Below are positions 1-8,797 of a DNA stretch of 64,000 nt, piece by piece. Position 1 is the first letter of the stretch. The number at the start of each line of letters is the position of its first letter. The DNA comes from Acidimicrobiia bacterium (GTDB lineage Bacteria; Actinomycetota; Acidimicrobiia; Spongiisociales; ZC4RG35), in contig JBGTEJ010000055.1 of assembly GCA_041747855.1 (NCBI GenBank), positions 3,909 to 67,908 of the forward strand, in the 5' to 3' direction. The notes beneath the pieces were generated by a model that saw only the letters and a program-made list of their open reading frames with translations, ran no database searches and was not told where the DNA came from. The position numbers and the translations under genes are program-made.

Positions 1-150
1 GTGCGCCGACCAGACCGATCTCAGGACGCGGTTGTGGAGGTCGAGAACGTCGGTATACCGGGCCCCCAGATTGTGGAAGAGCCGGGTGGAACCTTCGATG
101 TCGCTGAAGAGAAAGCTGACTATTCCGCTGGGGAACGTTACTTCAGCCAT
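1..150 (-). CDS. adenylate/guanylate cyclase-domain protein, first 50 codons only (gene runs off left edge)
   Basis: Reverse complement of 1-150 starts with ATG (148-150) and reads MAEVTFPSGIVSFLFSDIEGSTRLFHNLGARYTDVLDLHNRVLRSVWSAH. The FLFSDIEGST motif is typical of the start of class III cyclase domains. It is absent from the ORF track because the window truncates it. Confidence 0.5.
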   Translation of the reverse strand, partial: MAEVTFPSGIVSFLFSDIEGSTRLFHNLGARYTDVLDLHNRVLRSVWSAH

Positions 151-327
151 TGTCGATTGTTCCACAGCTCCATCCCGCCCGGATCTCTGTCACATTCACA
201 ACTAGAGGAGCCGTGGTTGTGGGCGCCGGCTCGCTTGCGTTCTGGTGGATTCCTGCGAGCCGAGCCTAATCGGGAGCGACGGTCGTCGGCGGGTGAAATA
301 ATTCCAGCCGTCGGGTGGGTATTTGCG

Positions 328-375
328 GTGGAGCTGAGGGGATTTGAACCCCTGACCCCTTGACTGCCAGTCAAG
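328..375 (-). repeat. displaced copy of the 3' part of tRNA-Ala (distal att site of the island)
   Basis: 328-375 is identical base for base to 13983-14030. 47 of the 48 nt lie in the tRNA, from the discriminator back to the 5' strand of the anticodon stem. No 5' half of a tRNA follows it. Confidence 0.9.
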
Positions 376-479
376 ATCAGGGGGTTTCGACCACCTGGGA
401 GAACTTAGAAAATGGTGCTCTGAACAGGGGTTTCGTCTCTCGTTGGCTCTCGGCGTTTTCCAGCGTTTTTCATTCTCCC

Positions 480-497
480 GCGGACTTTCCGCGGACT
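480..497 (+). promoter_or_regulatory. two phased GCGGACT repeats (putative integrase arm-type sites, left arm)
   Basis: GCGGACT at 480-486 and 491-497 (11-nt spacing), about 105 nt inside the left att copy. The same heptamer recurs near the other two att copies. Confidence 0.45.
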
Positions 498-520
498 CTG
501 CCCCGACCTGTCCCGAGAGC

Positions 521-2224
521 TTAGGGACCTTCACCTGCCATCTTCGTGGCCAACTTGTACGCCTTCCGTGCCGAGGCCCCCAGTGATTTCAGTTTCCCCT
601 CATTCTTGAAGTCTTTCTTGAAGTCATCGGCCTCTCCGAGGTCGTCATGTCGCTCTGACATCGCCGCAGCTCCGATATACGCCCACCGTGACAGGACCTT
701 GCCGAGATCAGGATCCGAGAGTGCTTTCGCCGGGTCGCCGAGGATTGCGGCGCCGTCCCCCGCCGCCTCGCGGGCGATCTGACCGACCAAATAGCACGCG
801 ATTAACTTGGTCAACAACCAACTGGACCTATAGATCGCCGGAAAATGGGCCTTCTGCTGTTGAACAGCGGCGCGAATCTCGTCAGCTAGCACAATGTGGT
901 GCGCCGAGATGCGCTCGGAGAAGATGTGAGGGTGGTTCTCGGATTCGAAGAGCGATAGCTTCTTGACTGCTAGCCAGGGCCACTCATTGAAGATCGCACA
1001 TAGGATCTGTGCAGCGTCGTCGTTTCTAATGACCCTGGCGGTGCTGGGAGCTACCGAATCTGGGCGCGTCTCATAGAAGATCCCGGGGAATTCTGCCTCG
1101 AACTCGCGGAGAAGGCGCAGTTGCGGACCGCTATTCGCCATCAGGTTCCGGGGGTTCACCGCAGTCTGCGTGTTGGAGCGCCGGCTGACTTCTTTTTCGA
1201 GCAGCGGCCTTCCGGCAACTTCAACGACTTTGACCGCGACTCGAAGGGCACTGGTGAGCTGGCCATCCACGAGGCCACGTTGGAATGCGAGTACCGACTG
1301 TGCCCCGTTCACTACCGATGGATTGTGCACGCTCAGAATGTCGCCCTTGACCTCGAAGCGATCACAAATCACGGTAAGCCCGTTGTGATAGGCAAGGAAG
1401 TCCAGATGTTCGGACTCGGTCGCGATCGCTCGATCGAGACCCTTGCTTACTTTGTTCGCCCGGAGTTGGTGACGCACATTGAGGGCGAACAGCCACCGAT
1501 CGTGAATCCCCGGCCACGCGGCGATGGCCTCCGCCGTCACGGGGATGATTGCCACACGGTTGGGGGGATCACCCGAAATGAGCAGTTCAGTCTGATCCAC
1601 AAAGATCTCGATCGTCCCCTGCAGACGCTCCGGCGACCGTACCGACTCCGCCAATGGGCCCAGCTCATTGATCGTCCACACATCGAGGTAGCCGGCACCG
1701 CTTGTATCGCGGACGCTCTCCACCTTGCTAGCGGCGTCAGTGGTAAGTCGACCGCTTGTGATCAGGACCAGCCGGACGCGAATGCTCTCTGGATCGCGCT
1801 GAAGCTTCGCCTCGAGACCGAGGTCTTCAACCAATTTGCGAAGCGACGGTTCCAGCTTTGCCGCTAGCAGCCTACGCAGCGTGATAGCGTCGGTAAAGTG
1901 AGCGGCCGCACCAGCAAGACGGTCCACATCTGTATCGCCAACCCACCCGTCGGGTCCCTCGGTGTATTTCGACTGGTAGATCACAAGCGTCTCTGGTTCG
2001 TCATCGCCGGACGAAGGCTCGACAAATAGCCCGTCGATGCCTTTGTCATCATCACCATCACACACGTAGTCGTAGGCGTCGATATCGCCTATGCCTACAA
2101 CGTTCCGGAGAAACCAGAGCAGAAGTACGGACCTTGGCTTGGCCAAGCCTCCCGACTCGTCAGTAGTGGCCTGGGCGCCCAGAGTCTTGTAATAGGCCTT
2201 CTGCTTGGCGCTCGACACTTGCAT
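521..2224 (-). CDS. AIPR-family abortive-infection-like protein
   Basis: 567-aa ORF with ATG start. N-terminal VCDGDDDKGIDGLF and central NGLTVICD...VVNGAQS motifs resemble the AIPR (abortive infection phage resistance) family as I remember it. Confidence 0.6.
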   Translation of the reverse strand: MQVSSAKQKAYYKTLGAQATTDESGGLAKPRSVLLLWFLRNVVGIGDIDAYDYVCDGDDDKGIDGLFVEPSSGDDEPETLVIYQSKYTEGPDGWVGDTDVDRLAGAAAHFTDAITLRRLLAAKLEPSLRKLVEDLGLEAKLQRDPESIRVRLVLITSGRLTTDAASKVESVRDTSGAGYLDVWTINELGPLAESVRSPERLQGTIEIFVDQTELLISGDPPNRVAIIPVTAEAIAAWPGIHDRWLFALNVRHQLRANKVSKGLDRAIATESEHLDFLAYHNGLTVICDRFEVKGDILSVHNPSVVNGAQSVLAFQRGLVDGQLTSALRVAVKVVEVAGRPLLEKEVSRRSNTQTAVNPRNLMANSGPQLRLLREFEAEFPGIFYETRPDSVAPSTARVIRNDDAAQILCAIFNEWPWLAVKKLSLFESENHPHIFSERISAHHIVLADEIRAAVQQQKAHFPAIYRSSWLLTKLIACYLVGQIAREAAGDGAAILGDPAKALSDPDLGKVLSRWAYIGAAAMSERHDDLGEADDFKKDFKNEGKLKSLGASARKAYKLATKMAGEGP

Positions 2225-2453
2225 ACCTTACATTGACTTCTCAGATCGGGTTCTAAGACCATCGTATTCGGCGCAGACGGCGGGCGGACTTGTCGGATGC
2301 CAATTCCGTTCTGGCAACGGAGATGGATGATCTCAGGAGTCCCGCTATGGCAGGGAATTCCGGTCAGGGAGACCCTGCTGAGATCGAATAGGGTGATCAC
2401 TTCCATTTTTGACGTACGAAGAAGCGGACGTGCTGACACAATCCCATCTCAGA

Positions 2454-3329
2454 TTACGCACGAGGGTCCTCCTGATTAGCAAGGCTTCGCAGTTCCAGGC
2501 AGGCCTTGTACAAGACGCGCTCGAGTTCGAGCTCGGTGGGAATGCCGTCTCGCCGTCGGTATGCAGTCGTGGTGCCAGCGATCGGCTCGTAACAGTAAAG
2601 GCCGACCGCGTCGACGATCTGCTGGGCCGTATGCGCCCAGCGCACGGTCGCGGCGAAATCTGAGTCGCTCAGGACCCGGACGGCCAAGAACACATAGATC
2701 GTCGGAGGGTTTGCCCGCAACCATGTCGTCAGGTCGGACCCACCAGCGCCTCCACCGGCTGGCAGGTTTCCCTCAATCGTCTGTCGCCGGCTGTACTCGC
2801 CCTTAAGATCGATCGACTTGAATGCCAGTTCCTTGACTCGCTTCCCCACGTCCGCCGATCCACGTCGCCCTACTGGCTTCTGTTTTGGACTCAGCGCATG
2901 GCGGGGTGTGCCCATCATCTTCGCTTCAAGCAAGAAGCGGATCGGGCCCTCGGCCGGGTAGACACCATCCAGGTTGTGCTCAGGCACGATCAGCCCGGGA
3001 ACCTTGTTGCGTGTGTACAACCTGCCGATCTCGGAGCAATTCTCCAACAGTAAGGCAAGCAAGTCGTTGAAGAAATCCCCCTTGCCGTTCTGGATATCAG
3101 CGGAGAGCGCGGTCCGTTCGGAGTCCGTCAGAGAGGTGTCGGCTGTGGCCGCAAGATCTGTATCGAAGGCTGACATCGCGGCTAGGAAGCCCGACTCCAC
3201 TTGGTTCCAGCTAGCTGCGTTCGATGCGGCAGCAGCCGAGTAAAGCTCCCGCTGCGGCAGACAGCGCGGACTCGTGGCCACGACGTCGCTGATCTTTCGG
3301 GGCTGGCTTATCGGTTGCGCCACACTCAT
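2454..3329 (-). CDS. putative type II restriction endonuclease (PD-(D/E)xK-like)
   Basis: 291-aa ORF starting 22 nt downstream of the methyltransferase stop, same strand. NLDGVY ... LLEAKMMG fits a D...ExK nuclease core. No family recognised. Confidence 0.45.
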   Translation of the reverse strand: MSVAQPISQPRKISDVVATSPRCLPQRELYSAAAASNAASWNQVESGFLAAMSAFDTDLAATADTSLTDSERTALSADIQNGKGDFFNDLLALLLENCSEIGRLYTRNKVPGLIVPEHNLDGVYPAEGPIRFLLEAKMMGTPRHALSPKQKPVGRRGSADVGKRVKELAFKSIDLKGEYSRRQTIEGNLPAGGGAGGSDLTTWLRANPPTIYVFLAVRVLSDSDFAATVRWAHTAQQIVDAVGLYCYEPIAGTTTAYRRRDGIPTELELERVLYKACLELRSLANQEDPRA

Positions 3330-3351
3330 CCTTCGTTCGGCTCGGCACAGC

Positions 3352-5043
3352 CTAAGTCTCTAGCGACAACGCCACCAGCGACGGATCGAGGTCGAAGACA
3401 GATGAGGCTAGGTCAGTGGCAGCCTTCCGGTCACGGGTTCTAAATGCTTCGATCAACCCATGACGAGTTGGACCATTGATATCCGTGGGATCTGGAACTC
3501 TCATCCTTCGGATGTATTGCGCCTGGAAACGATAGGTTCCACCCCGCATCTTGACGCAATAGGCGCCTATCAAGGCATTCGCCACATCCGAGAGCAGGAG
3601 GCCACCGAGAACCTCGAGATCCCATTCTTCCGACACGATGAAGTACAGGTTGTGATGCGGGTAGCGATCACCTTTGTCGAGCACAGGATTGGAGCGAGCT
3701 TTGATGTCTGGCAGCACCAGCTTCTCACGCATCTGCAAGGTCGGATCGACCTTATCGATCGTGCGGTACCAAGAGTGTGGTCGTCGCCTCGCCACGTGGC
3801 GGCCCCGAAGTCTCTCCTCGTTGGCTTCGAAGTAGGCCCTCAGCCGTGGATAGTCCGCAAGGTCAACCAGGTCGTCATCCTTCCACGGGTTCACCAGGAA
3901 GTGTCCGGCCCAGTCTGCCCTTCCTCCGGCCGTGTCACGTGCAAGCAAGAGTGGTAGCAATCGATCTTCCTCGACAAGAGAGGTGTCCGAAGTGATGTAC
4001 ACCTCGTCGCAGCCAGTTGCCACACCAATTCCCACTCGGGTTGCCGTATTTCTGCTCTCGAGCAGTGGAAATCGACTTTCGAGTTCGGCGACCAGCGCCT
4101 GCCGTGCCGGGTTACCCGATGGCCACGATGCTTTGCCGGAGAACCACCTCTTGAGTCGAACACCATCGGCGGCACTGCGACTTATGGCTGGTGACTCTTC
4201 CTCGATCCAAGTACTCACGGCCTTAGCATCCACGGGACCGAATCCCGCGCGGGCGTCCACGACATTTACGCCTTCCTGGCTTCCTTGGCGGAGTACCACG
4301 ATCGCCGGGTAGGCGGACACCTCGTCCTCAAAGGCATCGACATCGTGCATGCTCACGACAGAGTCGATGGCGTAGCGTGAAGCAATAAGTTCCCGCAGCG
4401 CACCGCCGTACTGGTTATGCATCCACCGGTCGGCACAGATGAAGCCCAGTCTCCCACCGTCACCCAGCATCCGGAGGCCGACCTCGATGAACCCCACGTA
4501 GATGTCGCTGCGGCCCCGCATCGTCGGACAAGCGCGCCGGTATTCATCGGTAAGCGGGCGAGGCACATCCTCAAGTCGGATGTACGGCGGATTGCCCACG
4601 ACGAAGTCGGCACAAGCAATTGGATGAGGGTGGAGGAGAAAGTCGGCTGTCGTCACCCACCTCGAGGCGAGATTCTCCGAGAGGTCAATCGAGTAGCCCA
4701 GATCAGTAAGCTGCTGTATCACAGCCTTTCGAGCGAGCTCGACATTGGACTCCAGTAGGTCGAAGGCTCGAATGGCGCCACCAGTGGTCGCAAGATCCCT
4801 GTTGTTTCGATCACAGGCTTCAACGAGACGACTGACCATCGGATTGAGGAAGGCTCCGGTTCCGCAGGCGGGCTCGACGATGATCCGCCCACCGAGGTCC
4901 TCGTCAGGTCGATACCCGACAAGGTCCAAGATGAACTCGACCACCCAATGGCGGGTGAACACTTCACCGTAGTTGGACTGACCCAGCTCGTCGGCCGGGA
5001 GGACTACCGTCGGCAGGAGACTGAGCTGTGATGTGGCTTTCAT
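3352..5043 (-). CDS. N6-adenine DNA methyltransferase (gamma class, Eco57I/TaqI-like, with C-terminal specificity domain)
   Basis: 563 aa. SAM motif VEPACGTGAFL lies upstream of catalytic VVGNPPYIRLED. The C-terminal half (VGIGVATGCDEVYI) looks like a TaqI-type target recognition domain. Confidence 0.8.
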   Translation of the reverse strand: MKATSQLSLLPTVVLPADELGQSNYGEVFTRHWVVEFILDLVGYRPDEDLGGRIIVEPACGTGAFLNPMVSRLVEACDRNNRDLATTGGAIRAFDLLESNVELARKAVIQQLTDLGYSIDLSENLASRWVTTADFLLHPHPIACADFVVGNPPYIRLEDVPRPLTDEYRRACPTMRGRSDIYVGFIEVGLRMLGDGGRLGFICADRWMHNQYGGALRELIASRYAIDSVVSMHDVDAFEDEVSAYPAIVVLRQGSQEGVNVVDARAGFGPVDAKAVSTWIEEESPAISRSAADGVRLKRWFSGKASWPSGNPARQALVAELESRFPLLESRNTATRVGIGVATGCDEVYITSDTSLVEEDRLLPLLLARDTAGGRADWAGHFLVNPWKDDDLVDLADYPRLRAYFEANEERLRGRHVARRRPHSWYRTIDKVDPTLQMREKLVLPDIKARSNPVLDKGDRYPHHNLYFIVSEEWDLEVLGGLLLSDVANALIGAYCVKMRGGTYRFQAQYIRRMRVPDPTDINGPTRHGLIEAFRTRDRKAATDLASSVFDLDPSLVALSLET

Positions 5044-5187
5044 TGATCTGTTCCAAGTTACACGAGTGTGATCTTGGAGACGACCCTATCGCGGCACACC
5101 GACACATTCCCCGCGTAGGCGTTCGCGTTGGGCGGGATCGCAGCAATTGGGCTGAATCGGTCACAGTCGCCTGGGACAATCCCGGGC

Positions 5188-5949
5188 ATGGAACCGACTC
5201 GTTTCGCAATTGTTGGAGACATCCATGGCGAATTCCGAGCATTAGTCGAAGGTCTGGACGGCGCGCGGGAACTGTTCGGCCCCCTGGATTTCGTCCTGTC
5301 GGTGGGCGACGTGGAGGCAAACCGCACTCCCGAAGATGCCCAAGGCGTGGTCAGTCCAGAGAGGTACCGCAAGGTCGGAGACTTTCCCGAGGTGGTTTCG
5401 GGAAACCTCATACTCGGGTCGCCCTTCTACTTCATCGCCGGCAACCACAATCCGTACCCAGCCCTAGATGAACACGGACCTGGCCACTGGGTCGCAGACT
5501 GTCATTGGCTCGGCCGGTGGGGAGTAACGACCATCCACGGGATCCGGATCTCGTTCCTCTCAGGTATTCGGTCTCCGAAATACTCCGATACCTCCAAGCC
5601 CATCCGGACCGGTCCGAAGGTCAGGACCTACTGGCATCGATCTGAACTGGACGCCCTCATCAGGAAGTCATCGGAGGCTGGACCTATCGACGTGCTGCTG
5701 ACTCACGAATGGCCCGAAGGAATCGGAACGACTCGGCGTGGGCAGGAGGCCGGTCAGTCCGAAATCCGGCGGCTCGTCGAGACTGTGCGTCCGAAGGTCC
5801 ATGCCTGTGGACATATCCATCATCCGCTGCAGGCCACTATCGGGGGAACAACCGTCGTCTGCCTCGCCAAGGTGTCAAACCGCATCGGCGGCATCGCCGT
5901 GTTCGAGACGTGGAATGACGGGCTTCGGCGCCTCGACGACGCCCCTTGA
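5188..5949 (+). CDS. calcineurin-like metallophosphoesterase
   Basis: Motifs IVGDIHGE, VGDVEA, GNHNPY, THEWP and ACGHIHH in canonical order. The ORF track starts at TTG 5128; ATG 5188 (MEPTRFAIVGDIHG) is the more likely start. Confidence 0.75.
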   Translation: MEPTRFAIVGDIHGEFRALVEGLDGARELFGPLDFVLSVGDVEANRTPEDAQGVVSPERYRKVGDFPEVVSGNLILGSPFYFIAGNHNPYPALDEHGPGHWVADCHWLGRWGVTTIHGIRISFLSGIRSPKYSDTSKPIRTGPKVRTYWHRSELDALIRKSSEAGPIDVLLTHEWPEGIGTTRRGQEAGQSEIRRLVETVRPKVHACGHIHHPLQATIGGTTVVCLAKVSNRIGGIAVFETWNDGLRRLDDAP

Positions 5950-5989
5950 AGGAATGCTTCCAGCGGAATAGTCTCAGAATGTCAAGGAG

Positions 5990-6439
5990 TTAGCCCACCG
6001 CTCCGTGGCAGCGCTTGTACTTCGAGCCCGATCCACACGGGCACGGATCGTTCCGGCCGACCTTGACAACCGCAGATGCCGGCCGTGGCATGACTGGGGT
6101 GGGCTGCGTCTGAGTCACCACCCTCAGCCGTTGCTCCATGATCTCGATGTTGCGCTCCCTGGCATCGAGCATCCGTTGTCGCTTGGCGAACTCGACCTCA
6201 AGCTCGGCTAGGAACACCGGGCCATCGCCGAGGTCATCTACGACCGAGCGGAGCTCGTGCTGGATCAGGGCGGCGATCCCTCGACCCATTGAGACGCCGA
6301 GGGAGTCGCAATAGCTCTTCCACGCCGCCCACGTCGCTTCGGCTGCGGGAACTCGCACCATTTGCCAGATCTCGTCGTGGCCAAGACCGGAAAAGATCCT
6401 GCGATCGATCTTGGCGAGCGTACCGCGGTCAAAGTCCAT
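5990..6439 (-). CDS. SEC-C motif protein (C-terminal CPCGSG...C.H zinc knuckle), N-terminal part unknown
   Basis: 149 aa ending [24 protein letters not shown] start preceded by GGGGAGAGG. Confidence 0.6.
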   Translation of the reverse strand: MDFDRGTLAKIDRRIFSGLGHDEIWQMVRVPAAEATWAAWKSYCDSLGVSMGRGIAALIQHELRSVVDDLGDGPVFLAELEVEFAKRQRMLDARERNIEIMEQRLRVVTQTQPTPVMPRPASAVVKVGRNDPCPCGSGSKYKRCHGAVG

Positions 6440-6451
6440 CAGCCTCTCCCC

Positions 6452-6467
6452 TGTCTACATGTAGACA
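6452..6467. promoter_or_regulatory. perfect 16-bp palindrome TGTCTACATGTAGACA (putative operator)
   Basis: Self-complementary 16-mer directly upstream of the RBS and ATG of the SEC-C gene. Confidence 0.4.
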
Positions 6468-6860
6468 TGCCGCAACTTGTTGCATGTGCGTGTGTCTTTT
6501 GAGGGGGTCGGTACGCGAGGCGCGTGAGCCTCGCGACAGACCGGTTCCGGATCGGTTCGGCGAGAACAATCAAATCTCGATTCGATGTTTGGATGGTTCG
6601 TTCCACATCCGCTCGCTGGTAGGTTCTCGTAAGCTGAGACGCCTCCATGTCTCCCCAAGGCGAATCGGACTTCTGCTTGCTGCGAAACCCCGCCCAGGAA
6701 CGACCGTCCGAGCCAGCCACCACACCTTCTGGCCGGTCTCATCGAACGCCCGGCCCGATCACAGCCTGCATTCCGGGCATGTGAGCCCAGCCGCAGAGGC
6801 TGATTCGGTAGTTGGAGATCCTGAGACACCGGTCATCAACCATTCCGATAGTCGGTCACC

Positions 6861-6903
6861 CTCCCAAACCACTCCCAGAACCGCTCCCAAACGACTCCCA
6901 ACC
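6861..6903 (+). repeat. four phased CTCCCA direct repeats (iteron-like)
   Basis: CTCCCA at 6861, 6872, 6884 and 6895 (spacing 11, 12, 11 nt) with similar flanks (aac/gaac/aac/acc), inside an ~870-bp stretch without convincing coding potential. Confidence 0.5.
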
Positions 6904-7313
6904 TGGCAGGGGGCCCGATCGAAGACTCATGGGAGCGAGGATGACGAAGAACCTCTGCCAGCGTGCGCAGACCCTTGTGGGAACCCCTTTCAGATCTCCC
7001 TGAGCGGGCCGGAAAGTCAAGGGTGATCGACGACATAGGGTGCGATCGACACGTGAGTTTCGACGCCGTACGTTCCGGCCGATGTTCGGAGATTCGGGTC
7101 GATAAGTCACCGGATCAAGAAGACCAGATCAACCTGTCAACCGAGTGTCAGAAACTCTCCCATGCTTCTCTGACCAGGCCCGATAAGGCATTCTCCAAGT
7201 CGACGGCATCAGACGCGATCACGTCGACCAGCCTGTTGTCTTTCCACAGCCGATCACCTACTGGGAGGGTGAATGAGAGTGAGTTGAGAGGGTGCCGACC
7301 CATCATCACGGGC

Positions 7314-7517
7314 ATGGAACACGACAATCGGCTCCTCACCGTCGAGGAACTCGCCGAGTACCTCGGTGTGCCGGTGACCACGCTCTACCAATGGCGGTAT
7401 CGAAGAGAGGGACCTCCAGGCTTCCGGGTCGGACGGCATCTCCGTTACCGGTGGAGCGACGTGCAGCGCTGGATCGAGAGTCGTCTTGAGGTTGGTCGCT
7501 CGGGTCGAGTGTCGTAG
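7314..7517 (+). CDS. xis: excisionase-family helix-turn-helix DNA-binding protein
   Basis: MEHDNRLLTVEELAEYLGVPVTTLYQWRYRREGPPGFRVGRHLRYRWSDVQRWIE matches the excisionase/MerR-type HTH pattern. It is the first gene of a plus-strand string ending in int. The ORF-track N-terminal extension (6963-) does not look coding. Confidence 0.7.
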   Translation: MEHDNRLLTVEELAEYLGVPVTTLYQWRYRREGPPGFRVGRHLRYRWSDVQRWIESRLEVGRSGRVS

Positions 7518-7574
7518 GCGTGATGTAGGGTGGCTTCCGAGAGCCACAACCCGCATCGTGGTGGAGGTCTATTG

Positions 7575-7814
7575 ATGCCAGGTCGAATATCTAGCTCCCT
7601 GCTTGAACAGCTCGTTGGTGTGAACTGTCCCGCTTGCCAATTCGGGTTCGAAGTCGAGGTGGCCGATGCAGCTTGTCAGGTCTGGCGGTGGTGCCCATGT
7701 TGCAGGTCACGGATTCGTCTTATGGAGCCCGGTGGTGAGGTACATGGAGCCATGGAAGAGGTCGAATCGGCGATGAGGGAGTTCCAGAAGAACCTCGGGA
7801 GGATGTTCAGATGA
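7575..7814 (+). CDS. small zinc-ribbon protein (CxxC ... CxCC)
   Basis: CPACQ...(20 aa)...CPCC. GGAGG lies 8 nt before ATG 7575. The stop overlaps the next start (ATGA at 7811-7814). Confidence 0.5.
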   Translation: MPGRISSSLLEQLVGVNCPACQFGFEVEVADAACQVWRWCPCCRSRIRLMEPGGEVHGAMEEVESAMREFQKNLGRMFR

Positions 7815-8770
7815 GGTTCAGGGAGGCCCTCCAGGTTCAATTACAGGAGAGATACCGGCGCCTCTACAAAAGTGAGTGGACCACATTCGAAGTCAACGTC
7901 AGATTCTTCCTGCAGTGGATTGACCGGGTCGCAGCGCTTCGATCAATCGTTGACTCACTTCGAAAGAGCCATCCCGATCTCGACCCCACGGAGTGGTGGG
8001 GTGAGGTACAAAAGCGCAGGGCCTACGAAACACCTGAGACAGAGGAAGCAAGGGCCAAGCTCGTTCTGCATGCGCTCCATGACATCGCATTCACCGAGGG
8101 AGTCGATTTCACCAAACTGGTCTGGCCTCTAACCAGAGAGAGCAATTACAACGACTCCATTCGACAATTCTGTTCGCAGTGGGTCGAACCAGTTGTCGAA
8201 TATCTACAAGAGCGGCTCGGTGCCGAGAGTGACATGCTCTACCTGCTCGAGAGGTATCGGCGCCGCCTTGCGTGGTTCGAACGGGATCGGCTCTATGAGT
8301 TGTACCAGGCGGACACCTCGAAGGGCGAGGCCGTGTACGACCGAGATCTACGCATGTTCCTCTTCGAACAAGGCGTTGACTACCCATTCTCCCAACCCGA
8401 AGGACCGTCGGGGAAGGCTGACGTTATTGCCTTGGTCGATTCGGACGACCCGCTCACCTGCGAAGTGAAGCTGTTTGACGGAGATCGATACGGAGTCTCG
8501 TACCTGGCAAAAGGGGTCGGTCAGGCCGTCCGCTACGCGGAAGACTATGGCAAAACCGCGGCTCACCTCGTCATGTTCAACCTGACCGGGCATGCTCTGC
8601 AGCTCCCGTCTGACGATCTAGACGCTGGTTGGCCCCCTCGCATTGACATTGCTGGCGTGACCGTCTTCCTCGTCGTGGTCCAGGCTGCTCCGCGGCCCTC
8701 CGCGAGCAAATCTGGCAAGGCAAAGGCGGTCGAAGTCATCCGGTCAGATCTCGTGGCCGACATCCCATGA
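7811..8770 (+). CDS. hypothetical protein with C-terminal PD-(D/E)xK-like nuclease motif
   Basis: 319 aa. GKADVIALVDSDDPLTCEVKLFDG gives a D...ExK arrangement followed by a conserved-looking QAVRYAEDYG helix. The N-terminal ~190 aa look helical and have no recognisable family. Confidence 0.45.
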   Translation: MRFREALQVQLQERYRRLYKSEWTTFEVNVRFFLQWIDRVAALRSIVDSLRKSHPDLDPTEWWGEVQKRRAYETPETEEARAKLVLHALHDIAFTEGVDFTKLVWPLTRESNYNDSIRQFCSQWVEPVVEYLQERLGAESDMLYLLERYRRRLAWFERDRLYELYQADTSKGEAVYDRDLRMFLFEQGVDYPFSQPEGPSGKADVIALVDSDDPLTCEVKLFDGDRYGVSYLAKGVGQAVRYAEDYGKTAAHLVMFNLTGHALQLPSDDLDAGWPPRIDIAGVTVFLVVVQAAPRPSASKSGKAKAVEVIRSDLVADIP

Positions 8771-8797
8771 AGACCTAGCTGGCGAAAGGAGTCGACG

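Noticed and set aside
1-534. ORFs 1-363(+), 138-374(-) and 202-534(-)
   Set aside because: They run through the tRNA-derived att copy and the island junction and are Arg/Pro/Ser-rich. The better reading of 1-150 is the minus-strand cyclase-domain N-terminus.
6289-7110. ORFs 6289-7026(+), 6439-6723(-), 6455-6829(-) and 6856-7110(-)
   Set aside because: They overlap one another, have low-complexity Arg/Ser/Pro composition, and lack RBS signals or motifs. I treat the region as non-coding.
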